Shown piece by piece: positions 36,284-46,296 of a stretch of DNA of 64,000 nt. Made by a program: the position numbers and the translations under genes. A model generated the notes under the pieces. It was not told where the DNA came from and made no database searches. It saw only the letters and a list, made by a program, of their open reading frames with translations. The DNA lies in the NCBI GenBank assembly GCA_963713825.1, contig CAVQNG010000014.1, positions 283,596 through 347,595 of the forward strand, given 5' to 3'. Source of the DNA: an uncultured Acidobacteriota bacterium (GTDB taxonomy: Bacteria; Acidobacteriota; Thermoanaerobaculia; Multivoradales; JAHEKO01). Numbering within the stretch: the stretch's first letter is position 1; the number at the start of each line of letters is the position of its first letter.

Positions 36284-38458
36284 ATGCCCATGACGAGTGA
36301 TCGAATCCACCCGGTAAGACCAGAAGAGAGAGTCCTCGATCGTCAAAGCGAGGTGCAGGGAGTCGATCTGGAGCTGGCTGCGAGCCAGGCCGCAGATCGA
36401 TTGCGATCGACGTTCGAGGTCGGCAACTACCGAGACATCTTCGAGCATTCGCTGAGTGGCTTCGCTCTGCATGAGGTCCTGCTCGACGCCGAGGGGAGCC
36501 TGCGCGACCTGATCTTCCTCGAAGTCAATCGAGCCTTCGAGGCCATCACCGGATTGGGAGCCTCTCAGGTTGTAGGCCGCCGAGTCACAGAAGCGATGCC
36601 GGGGATCGATCTTTGTCATCTCAGAGAGGCCATGACCTGGTTGGTGACCGGAGATGGGGAGCCTTACCGGTTCGAGCAGTATGTGGACGGCCTGGCGCGA
36701 CACCTGGAGTTCGCAGTGGTCGCTCCATCGCCTGGTCAGATTGCCCTGTTTGTTGCCGATGTCACGGACCGAAAACGGGCAGAAAAGGCGCTCGAAGTCC
36801 AGACCGTGTATTTCAGGGAGCTTTTTGAGAAATCACCGCTGGCAATCGTCGTTCTCGACAACGACGACTGTGTGCAGGAATGCAACGAGGGTTTCGAGAG
36901 GCTTTTCGGCTACCCGCGTGAGGCGGCTCGCGGCAAGCCCATCAACAGACTCCTGGTCCGACCCGATGAGTACGAAGATGCCAGGTCCATTTCCAGGAAG
37001 GTTCTCTTGGGAGAGGTAGTCGACACCGAAGGTGTCCGTTTGCGCAGAGACGGCACCAGCCTGGATGTCCGCATCCTCGCCCATCCGATCCGCTTGGGTG
37101 ACCAGAATCTCGGCATCTATGGAATCTACAGCGACATCAGCAGGCGGAAACGCGATTCGCTGACCCGCCTCCCGAATCGATCCACGTTCATGGAGCGTGT
37201 CGATCTCGAGCTCGAGCGCGCCGCCAGCGACGACCATCTGACGGCTCTACTGACCTTGGATATCGATCACCTCAAGGACGTCAATGACACCTACGGCCTG
37301 GTTGTCGGTGACGCTCTCCTCGTCGCCGTCACGGAACGTGTCAAAGAGACACTTCGCGAAGATGCGAACGTGGGGCGCCTTGGTGGCGATGAGTTCGGAA
37401 TCCTCCAGATGAACTTGACCGATGTGGGCAACGCTGCCGGCCTGGCGCGTCGCCTGCTGGCTGCGATAGAGCCACCCTTCTACGTCGAAGGCCACAGGAT
37501 TCATGTCGGCGCGAGTATCGGTGTTGCATTGTCGCCCGCAGGTCAGGTTGGCGCCAAGCAATTGCTCAGCCAGGCAGAGAGGGCGCTCGAGCAGGCCAAG
37601 CTGGAAGGCCGGAGCATCTTCAAGTTCCACGCTATCGACATGGACAGACGGGTTCAGAAGCGGATGATCTTGGGGCAGGAACTACACGGCGCGTTGGAGC
37701 GCAACGAGCTGTTTCTGGTCTATCAGCCCCAGATCGAACTGCCGAGTCGGCGAGTCATCGGGCTGGAGGCGCTGCTTCGCTGGCAGCATCCGAAGTCCGG
37801 TCTCGTGCCGCCGGATGAATTCGTGCCCGTAGCAGAGGCCAGTGGGGTGATCATTCCGATCGGCGATTGGGTCCTGAGGACGGCTTGCGAGCAGGCGAAG
37901 CGTTGGCAAGACTCGATGGCGTTGGACCTCCCTGTGGCGGTCAATCTCTCGGCGGTCCAGTTCAAGAATCCTTTCTTCGCCGACACCGTTGTGCAAGCTC
38001 TTCAGGATACCGGGCTGCCGCCGGAGCTGCTGGAGCTGGAGCTGACGGAGCGGATCCTGATCGAGGCTACGCCTACTGTAAAGAGCACGCTGCAGAGACT
38101 CCGCGATCTAGGGGTGCGATTCGCTCTCGATGACTTCGGCAAGGGCTATTCGTCGCTCGAGTACCTGCGCCAGCTACCTTTGGGGAAGATCAAGATCGAT
38201 CGTTCGTTCGTCAGAAATCTGGAGCAGAATGACGGTGACGCCGCAATTGTCAGCGCCATCTCGGTTCTCGGCAATCGTCTGGGACTGAGAGTGCTGGCCG
38301 AGGGTGTCGAGCGCAGCTCGCAGCTGGATCTGCTGGCAGCCGAAGGCTGCAATGAAATCCAGGGTTTCTACTTCAGTCCGCCCATGGAAGCGGCGAGGAT
38401 TGGCCACCTGCTCGTCGAGGGTAGCGATTCGATCAGTCCCAGCAGGTGCGAAAACTGA
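36284..38458 (+). CDS. PAS-PAS-GGDEF-EAL protein
   Basis: DSLTRLPNR, RLGGDEF, YQPQ, EALLRW, ELELTE, DDFGKGYSSL, AEGVE, QGFYFS. Confidence 0.95.
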   Translation: MPMTSDRIHPVRPEERVLDRQSEVQGVDLELAASQAADRLRSTFEVGNYRDIFEHSLSGFALHEVLLDAEGSLRDLIFLEVNRAFEAITGLGASQVVGRRVTEAMPGIDLCHLREAMTWLVTGDGEPYRFEQYVDGLARHLEFAVVAPSPGQIALFVADVTDRKRAEKALEVQTVYFRELFEKSPLAIVVLDNDDCVQECNEGFERLFGYPREAARGKPINRLLVRPDEYEDARSISRKVLLGEVVDTEGVRLRRDGTSLDVRILAHPIRLGDQNLGIYGIYSDISRRKRDSLTRLPNRSTFMERVDLELERAASDDHLTALLTLDIDHLKDVNDTYGLVVGDALLVAVTERVKETLREDANVGRLGGDEFGILQMNLTDVGNAAGLARRLLAAIEPPFYVEGHRIHVGASIGVALSPAGQVGAKQLLSQAERALEQAKLEGRSIFKFHAIDMDRRVQKRMILGQELHGALERNELFLVYQPQIELPSRRVIGLEALLRWQHPKSGLVPPDEFVPVAEASGVIIPIGDWVLRTACEQAKRWQDSMALDLPVAVNLSAVQFKNPFFADTVVQALQDTGLPPELLELELTERILIEATPTVKSTLQRLRDLGVRFALDDFGKGYSSLEYLRQLPLGKIKIDRSFVRNLEQNDGDAAIVSAISVLGNRLGLRVLAEGVERSSQLDLLAAEGCNEIQGFYFSPPMEAARIGHLLVEGSDSISPSRCEN

Positions 38459-38478
38459 GTGGCTTCGTCGTCTCCAGG

Positions 38479-40179
38479 CTAGGTGGTTTCTTCGGCCGCA
38501 GGCTGATCCTCGGCAAGAAAGGACCAGCAGCGGGCGCTCTGGGAGTCCTCACCTTCTGTTGGGAAGCGGTCGCAGGCCGCGTGGACGAAGTCGCGCACCG
38601 CAGCAAGTGTGGCGGCTCGCTCACCCTCCTCGCTCCAGCCCAGGTAGCTCCGCTCGAGGCCTTCCAGTCGGGAGTGGTTGCCGCCTGAGAAGGCGTCGTC
38701 GAGAGCCAGGAGCTCCGACAGAACCTCCTTCGAGTGCTCCTCGATCGTTGGCTCGTCGTCAGGCGCCAGCTCGAGAAGATGGCGGAGATACATCGAGCCC
38801 CATCGAAAGCGGCTGTAGCGCCCTGTGGAGCTCTCGTAGGCTTTGCGATACCAGGCCAGCGCCTCGGTAGTGTCGCCTGCCTCCTCCTTGATGCTGCCCA
38901 ACCAGGACATGAAGTAGTACGGTGCCACGGTGTCGTTCATTCTGGCTGCGAGGAGGGCCTCGGCCTCGCTTTCCAGACCGACTCCGGACAGTAGATAGGC
39001 CATAGTATTCATCGTGGTCTGGAGCTCACCTTCAGCGCTGACCTCGTCCGCCGCCCACGCGACGCGCTCGCGGACATGCTGTTTGAACTCCTCGGAAGCC
39101 TCCCAAGTGGTGCCATCTTGCTCTCCTGCTTGCGCTTCTGATGCAAGCTTGGCCAGCGCGATCTGAGGCATGATGGCGCTCAAGCGGTCATTGACTGTCA
39201 AGGTCGGGTCGTCTTCGATCTCCGATGCCGCAGCCTGCCAGGCGGCAATCAGAGCATCTCGGTGAGGACCAGGATTCGGCGTCAACAGGTCGATCGTGTC
39301 GGTGCTGTAGTACAAAACCCAAACCAGATTGGCTGCGCGAAGATCATCGTCCCTGAGGACTTGCACAGCCTGCGGCCGAAGCCTCTCGAGGTCGTCGTCA
39401 CCGATCTGGTCGACGTCGCCACCGTCTGAGCTTTGGCGTTGTGCCGCGGCGGCGGAAATGAGGTACTGCGTCAGGAATCGCGAGCGCTCGACCTCGAGAT
39501 CGGCCGTGGTTTCGTCGTAGAGGCGACGGAAGATAGCCTGCATGTCGGCTGGCTCCAGGTCGATGGAAGTGTCCTGGCTCCAGGAGTAGAAGGCCAAAGT
39601 AGTCAAGTCTGCGGTCTTGGCAGACGAGGGCCCGGTGGCCATGACTTCGTCGAGGACGTCCTTGACGGGCCGTGTCGAACCCATCGCCGCGTCGAGTACC
39701 TCCTGGTACTGATCAACGGGCAGGGTGCTCGGCATTCGCATGACCTCGTCTCCCATCGAACTGAAAACGATGACCGTCGGATAGCCCTGTACCGAGAGCT
39801 TTTCACCCCAGATCTGGGCGCTCTCGGTGTCGCCATCCAGATAGACGGGTACGAAGTTCCTCATCCTGGCGATGAATTCGGGTCGCGTGAAGAGCTTGTC
39901 CTTCAGGTAATGGCATGGAGGGCACCATTCGGCACCCCAGTACAGGAAGACCGGTTTCCCATCTGTCTTTGCCTCCTGGAAGGCTGCTTCCACATCGCCG
40001 TCGAACCAGGCGATGCCTTCGGGATCCTTGGAAGTCCCGACAGACTGCGCCTGCTCCTCCGCTTTGGGAGCACATGCCTGGAGGGAAAGAAGTGCGAGGC
40101 AGATCAGCCAAGCGAAGTTAGCGACCCACCGTCTGGATACCTGCCGCCGGATCGGAAAGTCGAATTGTGACTGCAGCAT
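38479..40179 (-). CDS. Thioredoxin-family lipoprotein with a helical/TPR C-terminus
   Basis: Lipobox LQAC, YWGAEWCPPC, GYPT. Confidence 0.85.
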   Translation of the reverse strand: MLQSQFDFPIRRQVSRRWVANFAWLICLALLSLQACAPKAEEQAQSVGTSKDPEGIAWFDGDVEAAFQEAKTDGKPVFLYWGAEWCPPCHYLKDKLFTRPEFIARMRNFVPVYLDGDTESAQIWGEKLSVQGYPTVIVFSSMGDEVMRMPSTLPVDQYQEVLDAAMGSTRPVKDVLDEVMATGPSSAKTADLTTLAFYSWSQDTSIDLEPADMQAIFRRLYDETTADLEVERSRFLTQYLISAAAAQRQSSDGGDVDQIGDDDLERLRPQAVQVLRDDDLRAANLVWVLYYSTDTIDLLTPNPGPHRDALIAAWQAAASEIEDDPTLTVNDRLSAIMPQIALAKLASEAQAGEQDGTTWEASEEFKQHVRERVAWAADEVSAEGELQTTMNTMAYLLSGVGLESEAEALLAARMNDTVAPYYFMSWLGSIKEEAGDTTEALAWYRKAYESSTGRYSRFRWGSMYLRHLLELAPDDEPTIEEHSKEVLSELLALDDAFSGGNHSRLEGLERSYLGWSEEGERAATLAAVRDFVHAACDRFPTEGEDSQSARCWSFLAEDQPAAEETT

Positions 40180-40337
40180 TCCTTGAGTCCTCCTCGAGAT
40201 CGAGACGGTATGCCTCGACGGGCGATGCTACACCAGATCCCTGGGAGTCCGATCCGGCCCGGTGAAGTCCTGCGAATCTGGGTGGGAGAGGTGCGGATTC
40301 GAGCGATCGTACTGGGACTCGAACGACGGAAGTCTGC

Positions 40338-42881
40338 TCAGCTCTCGTGGGCGGGGACCCTGGATGACTCCAGGATACTCGACAGAGGCTGCGGCCGAGC
40401 GATGCCGAAACCCTGCACGTAGTCGACATTCATGAGGCGCGTCAAAGCGAGGATCTCGTCGTCTTCGACCCATTCGGCGATGGTCTTCATCTGCATGACG
40501 TGACCGACATGATTGATGGACTCGACAAGGGCCCTTTGGATTGGGTCCTTGGCGATCCCACGAACGAATTGGCCGTCGATCTTGATGAAATCGACCGGAA
40601 AGGAGCGCAGGTAGGAAAACGAGCTCAGGCCGCTGCCGAAGTCATCGAGAACGAAGCGGCACCCCCTGCCTTTCAGCACCGAAATAAAGCGCTGAGCTCG
40701 GTCGAAGTCGGACACCGTAGCGGTCTCGGTGATCTCGAAACAGAGTCTCTCGGTGGGGATGGATCGGTAGCTCAGCTCCTGAAGCACGAACTCCAGGAAG
40801 CGCTCGTCGCTGACCGATTGACCAGAGAGGTTGACCGCGATCAGGGTCTCTTCGGGCCCGAAGTCGCGGATCCGATCGCTGATGGCGATCAGTGTCTTGC
40901 GGACGACCCATTGATCGATCGACGCTGCCAGGCGATGGCGCTCGGCCAATGGGATGAAGTCCCCAGGGAGAACGAGGCCGCCGTTGCCGTCTCGCATTCT
41001 GAGGAGAACCTCGTACATCCAGGGTGCCGAATCGACAGCCAAAATCGGTTGTATGAGCTGGGCATAGAGCTCGAATCCGTCTTCCCGAAGCGCCTCTTGG
41101 ACATTCTGCAGCGTCTGAAGATGTGATTGCCGCTCATCGGCCGCGACCTCGGCCGGCTCGAACTCGTTGTAGCGATTGCCGCCTGCCTGCTTCGCCATAT
41201 AGCAGGCGGTCTCGGCTGAGCTGAGTATCTCTGGAACTTCCGGACTCTCCGAGTCGAGAGCCACGACACCGACGCTGACGCTGGCCGGCACCGATGTCTT
41301 GTTCCAGGCGAGACGGAAGTTTCCGAGGTCCTTGAACAGCTTCTCGGTGATGCCGCGCGCCCGAACCGCAGGACACTCCTCTAGAAGTACGGCGAACTTG
41401 TCGCCGCCGAGTCTGCCGAGAGTGTCGGTCTCGCGAAAGCGGGTCTTGAGGAAGGATGCGAATTGCTTCAGCATCTTGTCCCCAGCCGGGTGTCCGAAGG
41501 TGTCGTTGAACTGTTTGAAGTCGTCCAGGTCTAGATAGAGCAGCGTGTGCTGTTGATTGCCGTCGCTAGCGCTGGAGAGGCTCCTTGCCAGTTGGCGCTC
41601 GAACTCGGTGCGATTGACGAGATCCGTCAGATGGTCATGGGTCGCGAGGTAGACGACGCTGCGGTCAGCGGTCTCGCGCGCCAGTAGATCCTTCAAGACG
41701 AAGACCCGACCCGTTGGGTCTCCATCGGCATCGTGCACAATAGCGCCATGTACCCGGATAGGGATCTCCGTGCCGTCTGGATGGAGTAGTAGGAAATCGC
41801 TGGCTGGATTCTCTGTTTCGTTAGCTCTTTCGATCGCTGTAACAGGGTCAGAGAATCGCTCTCGGCTGCTCGGATCGACGAGGTGAAGAATCTCTCCGAG
41901 GGGTCGACCTTCGGCTTCGTCCTCTTTCAGTCCAAGGAGCTTCTGTGCCGTCGATGACAACTCGCGAACGGTGGCGTCGACATCGGTTTGAATGACTCCG
42001 TCGGCAATCGAAGCGAGGACGGCCAGGGTCTCTTCCTGTTCGTGGAAAAGTGCCTCCTCGGCTCGACGGCGGTCGGAAATGTCCGTCGCGACACCAACCA
42101 GGTGGGTACCCCCAGCCGTTGGGCTGGAGATCGGTTGGGCCCGTAGAACTAGCCAGTGAGTGTCCCCTTCGGGAGCTCGAAGGCGGACCTCGACAAAGAG
42201 AGGATCGCCATTGCTCAGGGAGTTGCGAATCTCCTGCTTGAGAAGGACGAGATCTTCGGCGTGCACCGACTCGAACAGTGCACGACTGCTCGTGGCGAGG
42301 ATGGGTGCAGCGGAATCGAGGATCTCCTTGGGAAGCCCGGAGATCAGAAGCACGTCCTCGTGGACTCGCCATTCCCAGCTCACTGTCCGCCCGGCCCGCT
42401 GGACGAGCTTCAGTTGGACCTCTCGGTCGCGGCGGTCAGTGTCTGCCAGTTTGAAGCCGCTGATATCGAAGGCTGTGGCCAGCATGGCCATGGCGCCTCG
42501 GAAGAACACCGGGCGGAACTGAAGGTCGGCCCACACCGTCTCTCCCGTGGCCTGCTGGATCTCGACCTGGTGGCGGGCTACGGCACCCTTTTGGAGCTTG
42601 TTCTGGATCGCTCGCCTCGCTCGCGGATGCACGAGATCGATGAATGGCTGCCCGAGGATGTCTCTGGCAGACTTGCCCGTGAGCTGTCGACAGGCAGGGT
42701 TGATATAGAGGACCTTGTCGGCGTCGAAGACGAACAAGGCCGCCGCGGTGCCTTCGATCAGAGGGTGGAACCCCTCGTCGGGTGGAGCCAAAGTCTCGTT
42801 CACCTCGCCCCGATCATAGAGTCGCCGCATGGCTGGCGCTATTCGCTTTTCCACAGTCCTTGTCGGGTGGGTCCAGTTCAT
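40338..42881 (-). CDS. PAS x3-GGDEF(GGDKF)-EAL protein
   Basis: HDHLTDLVNR, RLGGDKF, YEVLLR, FEITET, DDFGSGLSSF, KIDG, AEWVE. Confidence 0.93.
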   Translation of the reverse strand: MNWTHPTRTVEKRIAPAMRRLYDRGEVNETLAPPDEGFHPLIEGTAAALFVFDADKVLYINPACRQLTGKSARDILGQPFIDLVHPRARRAIQNKLQKGAVARHQVEIQQATGETVWADLQFRPVFFRGAMAMLATAFDISGFKLADTDRRDREVQLKLVQRAGRTVSWEWRVHEDVLLISGLPKEILDSAAPILATSSRALFESVHAEDLVLLKQEIRNSLSNGDPLFVEVRLRAPEGDTHWLVLRAQPISSPTAGGTHLVGVATDISDRRRAEEALFHEQEETLAVLASIADGVIQTDVDATVRELSSTAQKLLGLKEDEAEGRPLGEILHLVDPSSRERFSDPVTAIERANETENPASDFLLLHPDGTEIPIRVHGAIVHDADGDPTGRVFVLKDLLARETADRSVVYLATHDHLTDLVNRTEFERQLARSLSSASDGNQQHTLLYLDLDDFKQFNDTFGHPAGDKMLKQFASFLKTRFRETDTLGRLGGDKFAVLLEECPAVRARGITEKLFKDLGNFRLAWNKTSVPASVSVGVVALDSESPEVPEILSSAETACYMAKQAGGNRYNEFEPAEVAADERQSHLQTLQNVQEALREDGFELYAQLIQPILAVDSAPWMYEVLLRMRDGNGGLVLPGDFIPLAERHRLAASIDQWVVRKTLIAISDRIRDFGPEETLIAVNLSGQSVSDERFLEFVLQELSYRSIPTERLCFEITETATVSDFDRAQRFISVLKGRGCRFVLDDFGSGLSSFSYLRSFPVDFIKIDGQFVRGIAKDPIQRALVESINHVGHVMQMKTIAEWVEDDEILALTRLMNVDYVQGFGIARPQPLSSILESSRVPAHES

Positions 42882-42995
42882 ATGTCTGTTGGAGGCTCAC
42901 GAGATGTGGCATGGCGAAGGTGGATGTGGCAAGATTGCGCGCCGCGAGGAATCGGCGGCACATTTCACTCGAGAGAGCAACGGGAGGAAGCGATC

Positions 42996-43460
42996 GTGAA
43001 CAAAGCTGTGTGGAGTCTCTGTTTGGTGTTGGCACTGCTGGGAACGGTGTCGCCAGCGCAGGAGATCAATGACGAGATCGAGTTGACCCGATCCATCATC
43101 CAGACGCAGCGTCAGGCCATCGTCACGGCGGCGATGCAACTGAGCGGGGAAGAGAGCGAGGCCTTCTGGCCGCTTTACCGCGAGTATCGGGAAGCCATGA
43201 GGAAGGTCGATGACAGGTCGGTCAAGCTGATCACTGACTACTCCGAGAGCTTCGACATCATGTCTGACGAGATGGCGCAAGAGATGCTCAAGGAGTTCAT
43301 GGGGATCCGGCAGGGCGAGCTCGATGTGACGCGCAAGTACCTCAAACGTTTCCAGAAGATTCTGCCGGCCACCAAGGTGGCGCGGTTCTTCCAACTCGAG
43401 AACAAGCTCGATGCGGTGATCGACTTCGAGCTGGCCGCCGAGGTTCCGCTCGTGCCCTGA
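42996..43460 (+). CDS. Hypothetical exported helical protein
   Basis: GGAGG RBS then GTG; signal peptide; LSGEESEAFWPLYREY, a Spy/CpxP-like pattern. Confidence 0.75.
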   Translation: MNKAVWSLCLVLALLGTVSPAQEINDEIELTRSIIQTQRQAIVTAAMQLSGEESEAFWPLYREYREAMRKVDDRSVKLITDYSESFDIMSDEMAQEMLKEFMGIRQGELDVTRKYLKRFQKILPATKVARFFQLENKLDAVIDFELAAEVPLVP

Positions 43461-43488
43461 GCGGAGACGACCTCGACGCAGACAAGCC

Positions 43489-44002
43489 ATGGTCAACGCC
43501 CGACTGACGAAGCTCGGGTTGCGATTCGCCACTGGGGGAGCCGCGGCACTTCTCGCAGCTCGAGTCGAGGCGGTCCCGGTGAGCGTTTCGATGGGCGTTC
43601 ATCCTGCTGGGAGCAGGGTTCGGGTTCGTCAGCCTGGCCTTCGAGGCTCAGACCGAAGGCAGGGGGATGATTCCCTTGCTCCTCGGATTGGTGGCATGGG
43701 TGACAGGGGCCTGCCTCCTGATCTGGCCCTCGATGACGTTCATGACTCTCGTGGCTCTGCTGGCAACCTATTCGACCCTGAGTGGTTCGATGACTCTCTT
43801 GTTCGCCTCGCAGCTCCATCCGACACGAGGTTGGTCCTGGGTTCTTCTGGCTGGGGTGATCTCTCTTCTACTGGCAGGTTCCACGTGGCTGCAATTCCCG
43901 CTATCGGGTGCCGCGGCGACGTCATCCCTGGTCGGACTCAACCTCTTGGCGATGGGCGGAGCGCTGGTCGCCTTGAAGGCGCTAGGCCCCGCGCCGGCCT
44001 AG
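43489..44002 (+). pseudogene. HdeD/DUF308-like membrane protein, frameshifted near 43586 (pseudogene or sequencing error)
   Basis: The 3' frame gives LLGLVAWVTGACLLIWP..GWSWVLLAGVISLLL..QFPLSG..LVGLNLL; removing one T in GTTTCG joins it to ATG 43489. Confidence 0.55.
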
Positions 44003-44010
44003 GCTCGCTC

Positions 44011-44057
44011 GACATACGGATATGTCTATTTGACATCTCGGCGTGAGTGACCAAAAT
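44011..44057 (+). promoter_or_regulatory. Sigma70 promoter with an adjacent operator dyad upstream of the RHH gene
   Basis: GACATA-cgga-TATGTC (44011-44026), then TTGACA (44030)-N16-CAAAAT (44052). Confidence 0.55.
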
Positions 44058-44083
44058 AGGGGGAGTCATCAAGAGGAGAGAGT

Positions 44084-44293
44084 ATGAATCCGCAACCGAC
44101 AATCGAGCGCAGGAAAGTCAAGGTGACGGTGAACATGTCACCGGACATGGTTGCAGCTTTAAAGGTTGCGAGTTTCCAGAGACGCTCCTCGGGAGAGGAT
44201 GGCACTGGTCTGTCCGAGCTGGTTCGAGAAGCGGTCGAGGAATGGCTGGATCGCGAGATCAACGGCGCTAGCCTGATGTCGATGCACGGCTAG
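44084..44293 (+). CDS. Ribbon-helix-helix (CopG-like) protein
   Basis: GAGGAG RBS; KVKVTVNMSPDMVAALK...LSELVREAVEEWL. Confidence 0.75.
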   Translation: MNPQPTIERRKVKVTVNMSPDMVAALKVASFQRRSSGEDGTGLSELVREAVEEWLDREINGASLMSMHG

Positions 44294-44365
44294 AAGCCGG
44301 TTGGGCTCAAGACTCCCATACAACAAGCATCAGGCTGGCAATCGAGGGGATCGCCTAGCGCAAGG

Positions 44366-44396
44366 CACCAGACGGGCTTCGGTCCGACCGCTGGTG
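44366..44396. terminator. Stem-loop with a UUCG loop between convergent genes
   Basis: CACCAG-a-CGGGC-TTCG-GTCCG-accg-CTGGTG; no U tract. Confidence 0.35.
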
Positions 44397-44402
44397 GCGG
44401 CT

Positions 44403-44726
44403 CTACACGGTCGCCTTGCGAATCTTGCGCTTCAGACGGTGGATCTTCCGGCGAATCTTTTTCAGCTCTGCGTGGTCTCCAGAGTCGATGGCGCCCTGGC
44501 GCTGCTGTTTGAGATCGCGGATCTCCATTTTGACCTGGGTCTTGTCGAGTCCCACGACGTGATGCGTGACGTGCGCTTCGATCCCGAGAGACTCGCACAG
44601 GGCTACCAGCAGTTCCTCTTTGTGCATGCTCGAGTAGCCACGTAGCGATTCGTTGTCGAGCTCTTTGGCTACCTCACGTAGCTCGGCCACCGTCATCGAG
44701 TGCAGCTCTTCGTAAGTATGGGTCAT
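44403..44726 (-). CDS. Small protein with a Rho N-terminal (HeH-like) domain and a basic coiled coil
   Basis: GAGGAGG RBS; ELHSMTVAELREVAKEL...GYSSMHKEELL; C-terminal KKIRRKIHRLKRKIRK. Confidence 0.8.
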   Translation of the reverse strand: MTHTYEELHSMTVAELREVAKELDNESLRGYSSMHKEELLVALCESLGIEAHVTHHVVGLDKTQVKMEIRDLKQQRQGAIDSGDHAELKKIRRKIHRLKRKIRKATV

Positions 44727-44931
44727 AACCCTCCTCGTCGAATGGAATTCGACAGAGATTCTATCGTGTCTGATGCCAATAGAGGTGCCCTTGTGAGGTC
44801 GTCGAATAGGCAACCTCATGATACTGTGACGCCAGGTGAAGACGATTGATTGGGCAGCCTCGGCCCAAGCGTTTGAGCCGGCTGTCCGATCCCATTGAAA
44901 TTCTGTTGGTTCCAAGAGAGCGAGGGCACCG

Positions 44932-46293
44932 ATGCGGCCTGTCTACGCTGTTTCTGGAGGCGTGAGCAAGTTCGCCAAGGCCCGGCCGGACAAGACCTTC
45001 CAGGCCGTGGTCAAGGAAGCTTACGACTACGCGATCCGAGATCTGGGGCTGGACTTTCGGCGTTTCACTGAGATGGTCGATGGCTCGGTTGCGAGCTATT
45101 TTTCCGATCACTTCACCCGTCAGCTGATGGCGGGGATCATGGCACAGGACTATCTGGGACTCTGTCCCAAGCCCGGCCATCGCGTCGAAGGAGGTGGCGC
45201 GACCGGGGGAATCTGTTTTCAAGAGGGGTGGAAGAACATCGCTAGCGGCCTGATGGATATCTGTGTTGCCTATGGTTTCGAAACGATGAGCCATGTCAAT
45301 ACCTGGAAGGGCAACGAGTTCATCGCGCTGGCCTCGGATGTCAGCCTGGACTACCCCGTCGGCGGGTTCTACTCGGGCTACTACGCGATGATGGTGACAC
45401 GGCACATGAAGGAGTTCGGTACGACCGTCGAGCAGTTGGCGACCGTCTCCGTGAAGAATCACCTCAACGCCTTCCACAACCCCTATGCCCAGAAGCGCAA
45501 CCGTTACACCATCGAGGATGTGCGCCAGGCCCCGATGGTGGCCTGGCCGCTGACTCGCCTCGATATCTGCGTCATGAGTGACGGCGCAGCGGCCGTGATC
45601 CTCTGCTCCGAGGAGGGCCTCGAAAAGCTCGAAAGGGCGAGCGGGCGAAGTCTTCCGAGAGTTCGAGTGACCGGCATCGGCCGCGGCACCGACGCGATGC
45701 GGATGGCGGATCGACCGCACCAGACGCTCGATGACTTCTTGAGGCTCAACGCGTTGCCTCATGAGCGGGAGGATCAGGAGACCCTGAAGTACTACGAGGA
45801 CCTATGGGACCAGGGTTTTCGCTATCCGGGCATTCACTCCTTTCGGGCGGGCCGCATGGCGTCGAAGATCGCCTATGAGCACGCCGGTCTCTCCAATCCG
45901 GGGTCGGACCTCGATTTTGTCGAGCTTCACGACGCCTATACGTCATCCGAGATCCAAACCTACGAGGACATGGGGCTGTGCCGCTATGGTGAGGGAGGAC
46001 CGTACGCGACTTCCGGCAAAGCTTTCATGCCTGGCCTCGAGTATGGGTTGGACCTGGTCGACAGCCCGGTCTGCCCGGTCAATCCGTCTGGTGGTCTGAT
46101 CGCCTGTGGTCATCCGGTCGGAGCCACCGGCCTGATGCAAGCCGTCTTTGCTCTCTGGCAGCTCCAGGGCTCCGTCGAACAGCACTTCGGAGATTCGACG
46201 CTACAGCTCGAAGGGGCGCGTCGGGGAGCGATTCACAGCCACGCCGGGACCGGCACCTACGTAACCGTGAGTATTCTGGAGGCCGAGGAATAG
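44932..46293 (+). CDS. Thiolase-like protein (SCP2/archaeal type) lacking the N-terminal nucleophile Cys
   Basis: VEGGGATGG, KNHLNA..NPYAQ, SDGAAAV, VELHDAY, VNPSGG..CGHPVGATG, HSHAG. Confidence 0.9.
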   Translation: MRPVYAVSGGVSKFAKARPDKTFQAVVKEAYDYAIRDLGLDFRRFTEMVDGSVASYFSDHFTRQLMAGIMAQDYLGLCPKPGHRVEGGGATGGICFQEGWKNIASGLMDICVAYGFETMSHVNTWKGNEFIALASDVSLDYPVGGFYSGYYAMMVTRHMKEFGTTVEQLATVSVKNHLNAFHNPYAQKRNRYTIEDVRQAPMVAWPLTRLDICVMSDGAAAVILCSEEGLEKLERASGRSLPRVRVTGIGRGTDAMRMADRPHQTLDDFLRLNALPHEREDQETLKYYEDLWDQGFRYPGIHSFRAGRMASKIAYEHAGLSNPGSDLDFVELHDAYTSSEIQTYEDMGLCRYGEGGPYATSGKAFMPGLEYGLDLVDSPVCPVNPSGGLIACGHPVGATGLMQAVFALWQLQGSVEQHFGDSTLQLEGARRGAIHSHAGTGTYVTVSILEAEE

Positions 46294-46296
46294 ACC

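Noticed and set aside
40314-40324. tRNA T-loop-like GTTCGAGTCCC on the minus strand
   Set aside because: The flanks do not form a T-stem or cloverleaf and there is no acceptor stem.
42156-42995. N-terminal extension of the 434-aa plus-strand ORF
   Set aside because: It overlaps the GGDEF-EAL gene antisense; the RBS and signal peptide point to GTG 42996.
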